The notes below the pieces were generated by a model. That model was not told where the DNA came from. It searched no databases and worked only from the letters and a program-made list of their open reading frames with translations. This document shows positions 49,425 through 58,653 of a stretch of 64,000 nt of DNA, piece by piece. Source of the stretch: a virus. Its lineage: Duplodnaviria > Heunggongvirae > Uroviricota > Caudoviricetes. The stretch lies in the IMG/VR virus record IMGVR_UViG_3300033067_001661, positions 64,001 to 128,000 of that record. One strand, written 5' to 3'. The position numbers and the translations under genes were made by a program. The stretch's first letter is position 1. Every line of letters begins with the position of its first letter.

Positions 49425-49918
49425 TTGCCATTTCTCTTAATAAGAAGCACGCCCTGCTCTTTTAGTATATTTCTGAACTTACCAGTACCATATTTAGTAG
49501 GCTTTTCAATAATCGGAGCATTCTCGAAAACTTCCTTGCTAACCACAAACGCACCTTGTAGATCAATAGACACAATAACTAAATAGTTTGTTCTAGATTG
49601 CCGAGGATTATGAGTTATACTCTTTCTGTTAGGAAATGAAAAGCCTTCCGATTCAACCCTCTTGGGTAAGCTCTCAGCGCTCTTCCAGAATTCTTTCACT
49701 TCAACGTCAAAATAAACCGCATCCTTCTTACTATTAACTCCCCTAACATCCCAAAAAGTTAGATCACCGTCTTTCATTTCATTTTCGCGAAGAAAAATAT
49801 CCGTATAAAAGCCTGAAGCCTCTAGTATTTCCTTTAGAGTCTTCTTCCCAACAAGGTCATACTTGTCATTAAGTTCCTTATCAAAGGGTTTTTGATCATC
49901 AAGAAAATGCATAATCAA
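49406..49918 (-). CDS. putative PD-(D/E)xK endonuclease
   Basis: WDVRG..YFDVEVK candidate active site; overlaps the methylase start. Confidence 0.5.
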   Translation of the reverse strand: MIMHFLDDQKPFDKELNDKYDLVGKKTLKEILEASGFYTDIFLRENEMKDGDLTFWDVRGVNSKKDAVYFDVEVKEFWKSAESLPKRVESEGFSFPNRKSITHNPRQSRTNYLVIVSIDLQGAFVVSKEVFENAPIIEKPTKYGTGKFRNILKEQGVLLIKRNGKWQIQS

Positions 49919-51309
49919 TACCTATCTACGCCACCGGCGTCTTCTGTTACATCCCTATCTTCAAACAACTCTTCGCTGACAGGCTTCTCTTCGACCTTTG
50001 TAACAACCTCTCCGAAGAAGTCCTGGTCTTGAACAAAATACTTGTCGTCGAAGCCAAGGAATCGCTCCCAAATCAAATCATACTTCAATGGGTCTGGACC
50101 GTAAGCAATACCAAGCACTCTAAGAAGAACGCTTGCATAACCAGAACCTCGACCGCAACCAGTAAGGATAGACTTGTTAGTAGCCTCTTGAATGTAATCT
50201 CGAACAATAAGGAAGTAAGTTGCAAAATCGTATTTGTTATTCTCCCATGCAACTCTAACATCTTCAAGCTCTCTCTTGAGCCTTTCCTTATGAGGCTCGC
50301 TACGATCCCATCCAAGTTTCTTCATACCTTCCCATGCAATATGAGAAAGATAATCAAACGGAGAGGCAAAGCCTTCTGGAATCTTGTACCTAGGCAACCT
50401 CATGCCAGAAGTCATGTTCTCAAAAATATCCTTAGCATCTATCTTATCAGCAACCATGACTGTATTGAGAAGAAACTCTGGATGAGATCCAAACATTACA
50501 GACATCTCAAGAGCAGACTTGAGATAGAATTCATGGTACGGAAAATGCAATCTCTTTGGATCGTTAAGACAACGACTCGTACTCATGCACATGAGTATTT
50601 CTTGTGAAGAACCATGCTCTTTCTTACAATAGTGACAGTCATTTGTGGCAATGATTGGAACATTCATTTCATTGCCAAGCTTTATGATATCAGGAATAAT
50701 TGCCGCTTCCGCTTCAATTCCATGATACATAACCTCTAGATGGAAGTCTTCCTTGAAAATATCCTTGAAAAGAGCAACAGACTTCTTAGCCTGGTCATAA
50801 CGGTCATGAAGCAAGTTAGCGTTGATAACGCTGCTAAGACAAGCTGAATTACAAATCAAACCTTCGCTATGTTCAGCCAAAAGGTTGATATCAATTCTTG
50901 GGTCAATATAAACCCCTTCGGTCCATGACTTTTGAGATAAAGAGCAAAGGTTCTGCCAACCTTTCCAGTTCTTTGCAATAAGAACCAAGTGGCGATTACC
51001 TTTTCTTCCGTCAGGTTGACCCTTCACAATCTTATTGCCGTCTTTCTTTTCACCTCTCAAGTGACGGTCTTTAGACAAGTAGAATTCGCAACCAATAATA
51101 GGCTTTATACCCTCTTTATTGCATTCTTGAGTAAACTTGACCGCTCCGCCCATATTGCCGTGGTCAGTCAACGCTAAGGCCTTAAACCCCATTTCCTTAG
51201 CAGCCTTAGGAAATTGAGATATCTTATTCAAGCCGTCAAAAGACGAATACTCGGAATGATTGTGCAAATGCACAAAATCGCTATTGCTTATGATTTTTGC
51301 CATAGTCAT
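49915..51309 (-). CDS. dnaE: DNA polymerase III alpha subunit, N-terminal part (PHP domain and start of palm)
   Basis: FVHLHNHSEYS, ALTDHG, GCE, HLVLIAKN, TNDCHY, YFLIV, GRGSG, DPLKYDLIWERFL; likely start at ATG 51303. Confidence 0.93.
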   Translation of the reverse strand: MTMAKIISNSDFVHLHNHSEYSSFDGLNKISQFPKAAKEMGFKALALTDHGNMGGAVKFTQECNKEGIKPIIGCEFYLSKDRHLRGEKKDGNKIVKGQPDGRKGNRHLVLIAKNWKGWQNLCSLSQKSWTEGVYIDPRIDINLLAEHSEGLICNSACLSSVINANLLHDRYDQAKKSVALFKDIFKEDFHLEVMYHGIEAEAAIIPDIIKLGNEMNVPIIATNDCHYCKKEHGSSQEILMCMSTSRCLNDPKRLHFPYHEFYLKSALEMSVMFGSHPEFLLNTVMVADKIDAKDIFENMTSGMRLPRYKIPEGFASPFDYLSHIAWEGMKKLGWDRSEPHKERLKRELEDVRVAWENNKYDFATYFLIVRDYIQEATNKSILTGCGRGSGYASVLLRVLGIAYGPDPLKYDLIWERFLGFDDKYFVQDQDFFGEVVTKVEEKPVSEELFEDRDVTEDAGGVDRY

Positions 51310-51312
51310 GTA

Positions 51313-51317
51313 TCGAC
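51313..51317 (-). promoter_or_regulatory. GTCGA putative -10 element (leaderless dnaE-N)
   Basis: GTCGATACATGACT-ATG(51303) with no SD. Confidence 0.45.
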
Positions 51318-51346
51318 GCTACAGGACTCGGATTTAGAGTAAAACA

Positions 51347-51652
51347 CTAACCATGTTTCTTGGGGTCAAATCGCTCTCGAATGCCCTTTTCTTTATCATG
51401 AATCCACTTAGGTCGTGTTTTCCTAATATGATCACGAACATCCGAGCATCTGTCCCAAGCTGGTTTGCCGTCTCTAATGGCTGGCGCGCAAATAGCCCTA
51501 CGGATTGGCTTGCCGCTTTCAGGATCAACAGTAAGAGCGTCGTCTTTCATGCTTTGAAAGATCTCAATAGTCTCACCTGTTGGCTCGCCCTCTTTACTCA
51601 GTATCTGGTATATGTAGGTTGGAATTTTTGATCTCCTTGAAGGAATTTTCAT
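51347..51652 (-). CDS. FmdB-like regulatory protein lacking the CxxC pairs; probable ATT start at 51625
   Basis: PTYIY..EIFQSMKDDALTVDPESGKPIRR; AAGGAGA 6 nt before ATT. Confidence 0.7.
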   Translation of the reverse strand: MKIPSRRSKIPTYIYQILSKEGEPTGETIEIFQSMKDDALTVDPESGKPIRRAICAPAIRDGKPAWDRCSDVRDHIRKTRPKWIHDKEKGIRERFDPKKHG

Positions 51653-51674
51653 GCCGCATAACTAATATAAATGT

Positions 51675-52445
51675 ATGAAAAAGATAATCATATCAAAGCG
51701 TGAATTAGAAAAAACGATAAATAGTAGTAACTCTAGAAAAGAAATTTTAGACAAACTTCAAATATCTCAATCTACATTTTACAGCATATGCTCTTCATAT
51801 AAAATATCGGCAATAAAACCTAAATTTAACGAAAACTATTTCGAGAATATAGATTCAGAAAGAAAAGCTTATTGGCTTGGTTTTATTTTTGCAGATGGAT
51901 GTGTTTCGGAAATAAAGGGTTGTTCAAAATTCTTGTCCATTTGCCTATCAAGAAAAGACAGAGAACATCTTGAACTATTTAGTAAAGATATAAAATCTTC
52001 TATCAAAATACATGATTATCATAATAAGCACGATTTTTCTTATATTCGTTTGTATTCAGATAAGATAAGTAATGATTTAATCAAACTTGGATGCACTCCG
52101 AGAAAATCACTAACACTCCAATACCCAATCCTAAATAAGAATATGGATAGACACTTTATAAGAGGATATTTCGACGGAGATGGATGCGTTTCACATCATA
52201 ATAATGGAGCAAGGGGAGGGCCAAGATTATCTATTATAGGAAGTGAAATATTTTTAGATGAAATGCAAAACAAATTACATGAACATTTAGGAATAAAAAA
52301 GAGACCAAAACTATTTAGATCAGGAAGTGCCTACAAATATGATAGTACCGCATACAGTTCTGTAAAAACAATAATGGATTGGCTATACAAAGATTCCAAT
52401 GTCTTCCTGAGCAGAAAAAGAAATTCTTATTTATCTGCTATTTAA
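51675..52445 (+). CDS. two-motif LAGLIDADG homing endonuclease
   Basis: AYWLGFIFADGCV and HFIRGYFDGDG; reads ATG 51675 to TAA 52445 on the PLUS strand (the ORF track's minus label is wrong). Confidence 0.88.
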   Translation: MKKIIISKRELEKTINSSNSRKEILDKLQISQSTFYSICSSYKISAIKPKFNENYFENIDSERKAYWLGFIFADGCVSEIKGCSKFLSICLSRKDREHLELFSKDIKSSIKIHDYHNKHDFSYIRLYSDKISNDLIKLGCTPRKSLTLQYPILNKNMDRHFIRGYFDGDGCVSHHNNGARGGPRLSIIGSEIFLDEMQNKLHEHLGIKKRPKLFRSGSAYKYDSTAYSSVKTIMDWLYKDSNVFLSRKRNSYLSAI

Positions 52446-52678
52446 TTTACGTTGGCATTGTCTTTACTATGTCCTGCGCATTGAACAACAATGGATGTTA
52501 CAAAGTTCTTTTTGTATACCTTCCATTCAACCTGTCTTCCAAAGACAGTTATCTTTACAGGCTCAATGGGATTAGAACAATCCACTGTTTCGCAATCATT
52601 GCATAAAGGGGAAACAACTCCAAGAGGCCCAACAGGAAGCCTTTCAAGAGGAACAAGTTTGCACTTATACTGGCTCAC
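52442..52678 (-). CDS. small Cys-rich hypothetical protein
   Basis: CNDC..C...C; ATGA-type overlap with the upstream gene. Confidence 0.5.
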   Translation of the reverse strand: MSQYKCKLVPLERLPVGPLGVVSPLCNDCETVDCSNPIEPVKITVFGRQVEWKVYKKNFVTSIVVQCAGHSKDNANVN

Positions 52679-53283
52679 TCGTCGTCATCTCTCTTCTTAA
52701 TCTTCTTCGCTGAGGTTTGCGCTCTCTTAAGAGCAGCTTGTCTTTCTTGCAAGATATTTTTTGCTTCTTCTTCAGGAAGATCGGTTTGCTCAGCCGCTGC
52801 TGACAAAGATACTGTTGGAGTAGCACCATCAATTGCATTTTGAATCTCATGCAACCTTGCTTGTTCTTGACGAATCTGTTCTCTGACTGCCTCAGGATAC
52901 TCAGATAAATCGTCTCCACCGTCTTGCTCTAAGTCAACAATAGTTGGTCCGCTAGACGAAGTTTTAGGCTTAGATATTGGTCTTGAAGAAACCAATCTTG
53001 GCTTAGGTAATGAAGAAGGTTTTTGGGAGACAGTCTTCTGTACCGGCAAAGAAGCCGAAACAGTTCGCCTACCCTCAAGAACCCCTTGAGCAATCAAGAA
53101 CTCAGTTATCTCGGCAAACATTCCGACAGGGAAGCTAATAGCAATTTCCCCATTTTCGTCCAGAACGCCAATAGACATACCGCAATCAGCGGACTCATAA
53201 AGTCTTAGCCAAATGGAGAAAACAGCATCTCCATTAACGTATTCGTATTCGAAATCTATCTTCTTATTTGACTTGATTGCCAT
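52675..53283 (-). CDS. hypothetical protein
   Basis: 202 aa ORF, AGGAG SD. Confidence 0.6.
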   Translation of the reverse strand: MAIKSNKKIDFEYEYVNGDAVFSIWLRLYESADCGMSIGVLDENGEIAISFPVGMFAEITEFLIAQGVLEGRRTVSASLPVQKTVSQKPSSLPKPRLVSSRPISKPKTSSSGPTIVDLEQDGGDDLSEYPEAVREQIRQEQARLHEIQNAIDGATPTVSLSAAAEQTDLPEEEAKNILQERQAALKRAQTSAKKIKKRDDDE

Positions 53284-53479
53284 TGCTATCTCCTAAAATC
53301 TTCTTCCTTAAAAACTGCCTTATCTGCTGTTGTTGCTGCGTCAATCGCTTCTTCATTTCCTTGTATATAGGGGCTGGAACTTCATTTTGTATAAACGTTC
53401 CGCATTTAGAGCATACCGTTCCATATACATTCGATCTTGCCCCCAAACTTGAAAAACAATGAGGACAAACAAAACTCAT
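53264..53479 (-). CDS. small Zn-ribbon protein
   Basis: CPHC..CSKC. Confidence 0.55.
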   Translation of the reverse strand: MSFVCPHCFSSLGARSNVYGTVCSKCGTFIQNEVPAPIYKEMKKRLTQQQQQIRQFLRKKILGDSNGNQVK

Positions 53480-53958
53480 TGCTCATCCTCGTCTAAAACA
53501 ATATCGTCATTTTCGTCTTCGTCATCGTCTTTGCTAAATAGTATCTCTTTCCTATAGCCATACTTTTTGTCAAGATATTCTGAATCAACAATGTAAGTTT
53601 CCCATTCTGACTTCCAGAAAGCCGGCCATGAATCAACAACATGAGGCAATGGCTCAGGAGTTTTCCAGCCAAACTCATTACACCAATAAGTCAAACTCTT
53701 TATATCCGCATTATGAGCGTCTTTACTTGACGGAAGATATTCAGCTACATAAACCTTGCCTGTATTGTAAAAATGACAAATGAGAATCGCAAAACCAAAA
53801 GGACTCATAACAGTAACCTTTGAGCGGACCATCCACTCACCCTTATGGCTTGCAACACCAGACTCCTCAGCATCAGCAGCCATGATTTTACAAACCTTAT
53901 CATAGTTGCCATTTGCCTCAAGCAATGTTACATCTGAAAATTGAATCTCAAATTCCAT
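53476..53958 (-). CDS. hypothetical protein
   Basis: 160 aa ORF. Confidence 0.55.
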   Translation of the reverse strand: MEFEIQFSDVTLLEANGNYDKVCKIMAADAEESGVASHKGEWMVRSKVTVMSPFGFAILICHFYNTGKVYVAEYLPSSKDAHNADIKSLTYWCNEFGWKTPEPLPHVVDSWPAFWKSEWETYIVDSEYLDKKYGYRKEILFSKDDDEDENDDIVLDEDEQ

Positions 53959-54807
53959 TTAACTAATCCTGTTTTCCTCAACAGTATTTACTGTCTTTTT
54001 ATTTTCCTCAATTCTCTTGGATCTTGGAATATAATCGTCAAATATATTAGAAACGGCAGATATCCTTTGTCTTGCGTAATTAACATCGGATTCAGAATTA
54101 TCTATACCAATGTAATTTCTGCCAAGAACTTTAGCCATCAAACCTGTAGTGCCAGTTCCCATAAACGGATCAACAACTGTATTCCCTCTGTAAGAAAATA
54201 GCTTAATGACCCTTCTTGCTAACTCTTCAGGGAATGGCGCTGGATGACCATTTAGATTCTGAGTTTCTGGTTGAATAAACCATGTTGAAAAAGTCCAGTT
54301 TTGGAACTCTTCATTTGTCATATCAGAAAGCTCAGGGTCTCCTTCGAGTTTCCAACTACCCTTAGACCAAACCATAATATACTCATGATTTCGTCTAATA
54401 GCAGGATTAGAGCAAGACATATAAGAACCAAAAGCAGTTGCCCTGCCTGACCAGTTCTGCTTATACCAGCAAATTTCGGTTCTATATTTAAGACCTACCT
54501 CTCTACCTACATTGATAAGGTCACCCGCGATAGGTCTCATATATTCGTCGTCGTCTTGCCTATTTCTAACAGAATCAATATTGATTACAAGTCGGCCTCC
54601 GTCAACAAGTATTCTCTTGCATTCAATAAATATCTTCTTTAGCCAATCAACATATACCTTATATGGATCGTCGTCATTACGATTACGATACCCTTCAAGC
54701 TGAATATTATAAGGCGGAGAAGATAAAACAAGATGAACACTCTCGTCAGGTATCTTTTTGAGACCGTCCAAAACATCGTCCAAAATAATTGTGTTCAACA
54801 AGCTCAT
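53959..54807 (-). CDS. site-specific DNA methyltransferase (N4C-like, beta class)
   Basis: SSPPY, HPAPFPEEL, VVDPFMGTGTT. Confidence 0.92.
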   Translation of the reverse strand: MSLLNTIILDDVLDGLKKIPDESVHLVLSSPPYNIQLEGYRNRNDDDPYKVYVDWLKKIFIECKRILVDGGRLVINIDSVRNRQDDDEYMRPIAGDLINVGREVGLKYRTEICWYKQNWSGRATAFGSYMSCSNPAIRRNHEYIMVWSKGSWKLEGDPELSDMTNEEFQNWTFSTWFIQPETQNLNGHPAPFPEELARRVIKLFSYRGNTVVDPFMGTGTTGLMAKVLGRNYIGIDNSESDVNYARQRISAVSNIFDDYIPRSKRIEENKKTVNTVEENRIS

Positions 54808-54809
54808 GA

Positions 54810-55568
54810 TTACTCCGAGAATATATCTTTTACTACATCTAGTCTTTGCTTTGCTAAAGCAATCGCTTTAGGGTTCTTATCGCTTCCAACAGGGAATCTT
54901 TTAGCCGCTAACGCTGCTTCTAAAAAACTACCGCTACCGCAAAATGGGTCCAAAACTCTATCCCCAGGATTGCTCCATATAGTAACTACTCTCTCCATGA
55001 GTTTAAGAGGCTTTTGAGTGGCATACCCGTTCTTTTCCGGTTCGTTCCTGCATATTGCAGGAATATCAACCCACCAATCCTCAAGAAGCTTACCTCTCTG
55101 TTCATAATGTTCCCAAGGAATTTTTTCTTTCGACCAAGCAGCAGCCCCTCCGACATTCATCTTGGTTTTATATGGAACCCTGGGTTGGTTAAATACATAC
55201 TCTCCGAGTCCATACCATAGGATCGTATGATGCTTCCTAGGGAGCCATCTCTTAGCGCTTGCAGGATTACTAAAGCCCCATATAATTTCGTTCCTGAAGC
55301 TATCCCTTCCAAAAATCTTATCCATTGAAACTTTGACATAATGTATCGCCTTGTAATCCATATGAACTACAATATTCGAATCTTTCTTCATGAGCTTTTT
55401 GATGGCGCTTAGCCTATCAGCCATATAAGAAACAAACTCGTCAAAAGACGAACCAACTCCATAGTATTCATCTTCAGATTCACAACTATAAGGCGGATCT
55501 AGATACACTAAATCAACAGGCTCCGTTACCAGCCCAAGACAGTCAGTATTATGAAGTTCATATTTCAT
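54810..55568 (-). CDS. site-specific DNA methyltransferase (N6A, beta class)
   Basis: YLDPPY, FRNEIIW, YATQKP, VLDPFCGSG. Confidence 0.92.
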   Translation of the reverse strand: MKYELHNTDCLGLVTEPVDLVYLDPPYSCESEDEYYGVGSSFDEFVSYMADRLSAIKKLMKKDSNIVVHMDYKAIHYVKVSMDKIFGRDSFRNEIIWGFSNPASAKRWLPRKHHTILWYGLGEYVFNQPRVPYKTKMNVGGAAAWSKEKIPWEHYEQRGKLLEDWWVDIPAICRNEPEKNGYATQKPLKLMERVVTIWSNPGDRVLDPFCGSGSFLEAALAAKRFPVGSDKNPKAIALAKQRLDVVKDIFSE

Positions 55569-56193
55569 TCTTCTTGGGGCCTCTAAGTCTGTCTATCTCT
55601 TCTTGTTTCTTTTCAGCCATGTAAATCTCATACCTTGATTTTGTTCTCGCAGGAAGAGCCTTTACAAGCTTCTCTAGATCGTCTACTCTTTCAACAAGAA
55701 TATAGGAATCCACAACCTTGTAGACCTTTTCCGCTATTTCTAGGTCTTGGGCATTGAAACCAACCTTTGACAGGAAGTTGTACATATGATTACTGACAAA
55801 TAGATCGGCAGCAATAATTGATTCTGTTTTATCAGTTTTACCTCCGCTTTCTGAGTATATAACAAGTTCTCTAACAATAGAGTCAACAATATCGTCTAGA
55901 CTTATATTTAATCCTGACGATAACTTTTCTATGCTTTCTCTAAGAGTTATCTGCTCATAAGCAGAAACCAACTGTATGATATTACCAGCGCTTTTACATC
56001 CAAAGCAGTAATAGTCCTGTCCATTTGGCTTGTCAAATACGAAGAACGAGGGCGTGTTATCATTGGCATGCGTAGGCAGAGGGCAGCGATACTTATACCT
56101 CTCAGCGTCATGACTTTGCCATTGTATACCCTTAAGAGCAAGATAATCAGTTATCTTGACTGATTTTGAAATTGTATCAAGTATCGCATTCAT
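55558..56193 (-). CDS. CHC2 primase-type zinc-finger protein (stand-alone DnaG Zn-binding domain)
   Basis: CPLPTHANDNTPSF..YYCFGCKSAGNIIQLV..TLRESIEKL; no Toprim domain. Confidence 0.85.
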   Translation of the reverse strand: MNAILDTISKSVKITDYLALKGIQWQSHDAERYKYRCPLPTHANDNTPSFFVFDKPNGQDYYCFGCKSAGNIIQLVSAYEQITLRESIEKLSSGLNISLDDIVDSIVRELVIYSESGGKTDKTESIIAADLFVSNHMYNFLSKVGFNAQDLEIAEKVYKVVDSYILVERVDDLEKLVKALPARTKSRYEIYMAEKKQEEIDRLRGPKKNEI

Positions 56194-56194
56194 A

Positions 56195-57787
56195 TTAACT
56201 AAAATCCAAATTTGCTACACTATTCAAAACACCCTTTGTTGCGCTCTTTGCGGGATTCTTTACTTCGCCCCTACTGAGCATGGGTTGAGGCGCTTCTGGC
56301 TCAAAGGAAAGGTCAAGGTCAGGATTCTTGATTACAGCATCTTCCGCTTTCTTAATCAAACCTGAAGCCTCTGGATCTCCAAAGTCAAACGTAGCCTCAA
56401 CAGTTGAATAGATCTTGCCAATATGGGGATTAACTTCAAGATCCGCCTTTGATTTGTCTTTGTATTGGCCGAACATCGTTGAACCGTAACGAGACTTTAC
56501 GCATACAAGATAAAGCTTCTCTTTTGGCCTATCAGGATGAGGAAACTGAACAAAAATATTATCAGCGTCTGCTGAGAAATCATGGGAGCCTCTAAGAGCG
56601 TCTGAGCCAACAGTTTGCTTACCGTCCTTTTGATTGCGAAGAGACTTGATAGCCTCTCGATTCAACTGTACAGCAGACAAAACAGAGAAACCCATCTTCC
56701 TACCAAGCTGCCTGAGGTCTTTGCACATCTGACCATACCAGCTATGCTCGGCAAGTCTCTGATACCAAGGCTCAGGGCTAAGAATGGAAATGTAGTCAAT
56801 TACAACAAGTCTTGGCCTAAAGAAATGCTTGCGCTTCTCAAGTTCCGCTCTAATCTTCGATACGGTCATTCTCTCTTGAGCGTCAAGAATAGCAAACTTA
56901 GAACTTATCTTCTTGAACTCTTCATTAGCCTTCTTGAGCCTTTCCTTTTCTGGCGGCGAAAGAAGACTAGGCTTGCCAATTTTCTCAGAATGAACATTGG
57001 CCTCTCTAGCCATAATTCTCTGCATCAATCTGGCTTTAGGCATTTCAAGCGAAACATAAAGAACATCTTCCTGAGAATCTCTACAGACATTTAACGCAAT
57101 ATTGATCATTGTTGCGGACTTAAATCCGCCAACGTCAGCAACAATAAGAGTAAGCGCGCCGATATCCAAGCCCATCGGCATTGTCTCGTCAAAAGGCTTT
57201 ATTCCAGTTTGCAGAACCTTCTTTGGATTCGTTATCTCGTTCTCTAATTCCGCATACCAATCGTCTCCGTATTCAGCAACGGTATCCCAAGAGGCAGTCT
57301 TGCCATCAATTGAGTTCGAGGTTAGTATGGTAAGCTCTTCTGTAAGAGAAGAAAGCGAACCCATCCAATCTTGACCTTTGTTGTCGCTAAACTTCTCTAT
57401 AAGCTTGACAGACTTTTGACGAATGAAGCTTTCTCTAACTCTCCTGCACATAAGAGGAAAGTCAGCCGAATCAGTCTTCTCAAAATTCTTTATGCCAGTA
57501 TATATGTCCTTTTCATTACCAACTGCAATTTTTTGACTCGAAACCTCGCTGCCAGTCCACTTATTGTAATCACCGTTTGCAACAGATTTCGATATAAAAT
57601 CGCTGTAATACTCTTCAGTAAACGCTTGAGAGTCTTGATAAGATTGTTCTATGCCTCTAACAAAGGGTCTGTATTTCGTGTCAAAGTATTCAGTACCAAT
57701 TTGTTCAGATAGAAAATCAGGTATAAACTCTTGTTTATTAACCACTATGTTGAGTAATTTTTGCTGAGCTTCTGCGTCTATAATCAT
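56195..57787 (-). CDS. dnaB: DnaB-family replicative helicase
   Basis: TGIKPFD, ADVGGFKS, YVSLEM, VVIDYI, AVQLNR, LRGS..ADAD, KSRYG; start ATG 57787 overlaps the upstream stop. Confidence 0.9.
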   Translation of the reverse strand: MIIDAEAQQKLLNIVVNKQEFIPDFLSEQIGTEYFDTKYRPFVRGIEQSYQDSQAFTEEYYSDFISKSVANGDYNKWTGSEVSSQKIAVGNEKDIYTGIKNFEKTDSADFPLMCRRVRESFIRQKSVKLIEKFSDNKGQDWMGSLSSLTEELTILTSNSIDGKTASWDTVAEYGDDWYAELENEITNPKKVLQTGIKPFDETMPMGLDIGALTLIVADVGGFKSATMINIALNVCRDSQEDVLYVSLEMPKARLMQRIMAREANVHSEKIGKPSLLSPPEKERLKKANEEFKKISSKFAILDAQERMTVSKIRAELEKRKHFFRPRLVVIDYISILSPEPWYQRLAEHSWYGQMCKDLRQLGRKMGFSVLSAVQLNREAIKSLRNQKDGKQTVGSDALRGSHDFSADADNIFVQFPHPDRPKEKLYLVCVKSRYGSTMFGQYKDKSKADLEVNPHIGKIYSTVEATFDFGDPEASGLIKKAEDAVIKNPDLDLSFEPEAPQPMLSRGEVKNPAKSATKGVLNSVANLDFS

Positions 57788-58644
57788 CCTTGTCCCCCAA
57801 CCTTTATCAGCCATGTATTATTCGCAGAAATGATTTTCTGAAATGCATAACCCATGAACTTGCTATAGTCCTGGGACTCAACATCAAAATCGCAAATCAG
57901 AATGGTTGGTAACTTATTCTCAAGTCTTGTTATCAAGAAACTTTCGAATAAAGCAACAAAGGACTGATAGTTGAAATCAAGCTCATTCGCAGGCAAAGTT
58001 ATATCGTCGATAACAAGCCAATCGCATTCTTTCAAATCATTGGCTTTATCTGTCTTTTGCTTTAGATCTTGCTTGAGGGTATGAAACGATACCATCGAAT
58101 ATGTATCTGCTCGATTAGAAGCGTAAAGCCTTCTCCATATAGCTTCTTTTATGATAAGGCTTGCAATGAGCGTCTTACCAGCAGGTAAGGAACGAGAAGA
58201 AGCCCCAAGCTTCAAACGAATAGCGTCTCCGTGAATAACGACATTATCGCCGTCATTAAAACGGGTATCCATCTTAGAAGCTTTATTCATAGCCTCTCTG
58301 GTTGAGAGCCTAGCTATTTCTTCACCGTCAAACAGATACTTACGAAGATCGTTTTGTATCCTAACTCGGTCCTCGTTACTCCAAACGGATTGAAGGTTCT
58401 TGTTTTTATCAACAACCATTCCGGTTAGATTTTGGATGCTTAATTCTCTGTATTGCTCGGGTATCGTATACTCAATATTGCCTTTGATTTCTGCGAGTTT
58501 TCTACAAAGACAACCGTTAGGTCTACTACACTGGTCCGCTCCGATATAGTTCTTGCAAAAAGAAGGATTACCATTTGAATCTTCCCCTGCGGTTTGATAC
58601 AAATAGAACCTGTACTTGCGTATGATTGCAGTTAAATCAGACAT
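57784..58644 (-). CDS. DnaC/IstB-like ATPase (putative helicase loader)
   Basis: N-terminal Cys cluster (C..C..CLC), IPEQY, AGKTLIA, WLVIDDI, RLENKLPTI; directly upstream of dnaB. Confidence 0.65.
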   Translation of the reverse strand: MSDLTAIIRKYRFYLYQTAGEDSNGNPSFCKNYIGADQCSRPNGCLCRKLAEIKGNIEYTIPEQYRELSIQNLTGMVVDKNKNLQSVWSNEDRVRIQNDLRKYLFDGEEIARLSTREAMNKASKMDTRFNDGDNVVIHGDAIRLKLGASSRSLPAGKTLIASLIIKEAIWRRLYASNRADTYSMVSFHTLKQDLKQKTDKANDLKECDWLVIDDITLPANELDFNYQSFVALFESFLITRLENKLPTILICDFDVESQDYSKFMGYAFQKIISANNTWLIKVGGQG

Positions 58645-58653
58645 ATGTTATTC

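Noticed and set aside
48553-49914. Group I intron or split intein joining the dnaE halves
   Set aside because: The intervening ORFs overlap or abut their neighbours, leaving no room for a ribozyme core, and neither half has Hint motifs.
51675-52445. ORF track lists this ORF on the minus strand
   Set aside because: The given protein reads from ATG at 51675 to TAA at 52443-52445 on the plus strand, so it is annotated as +.
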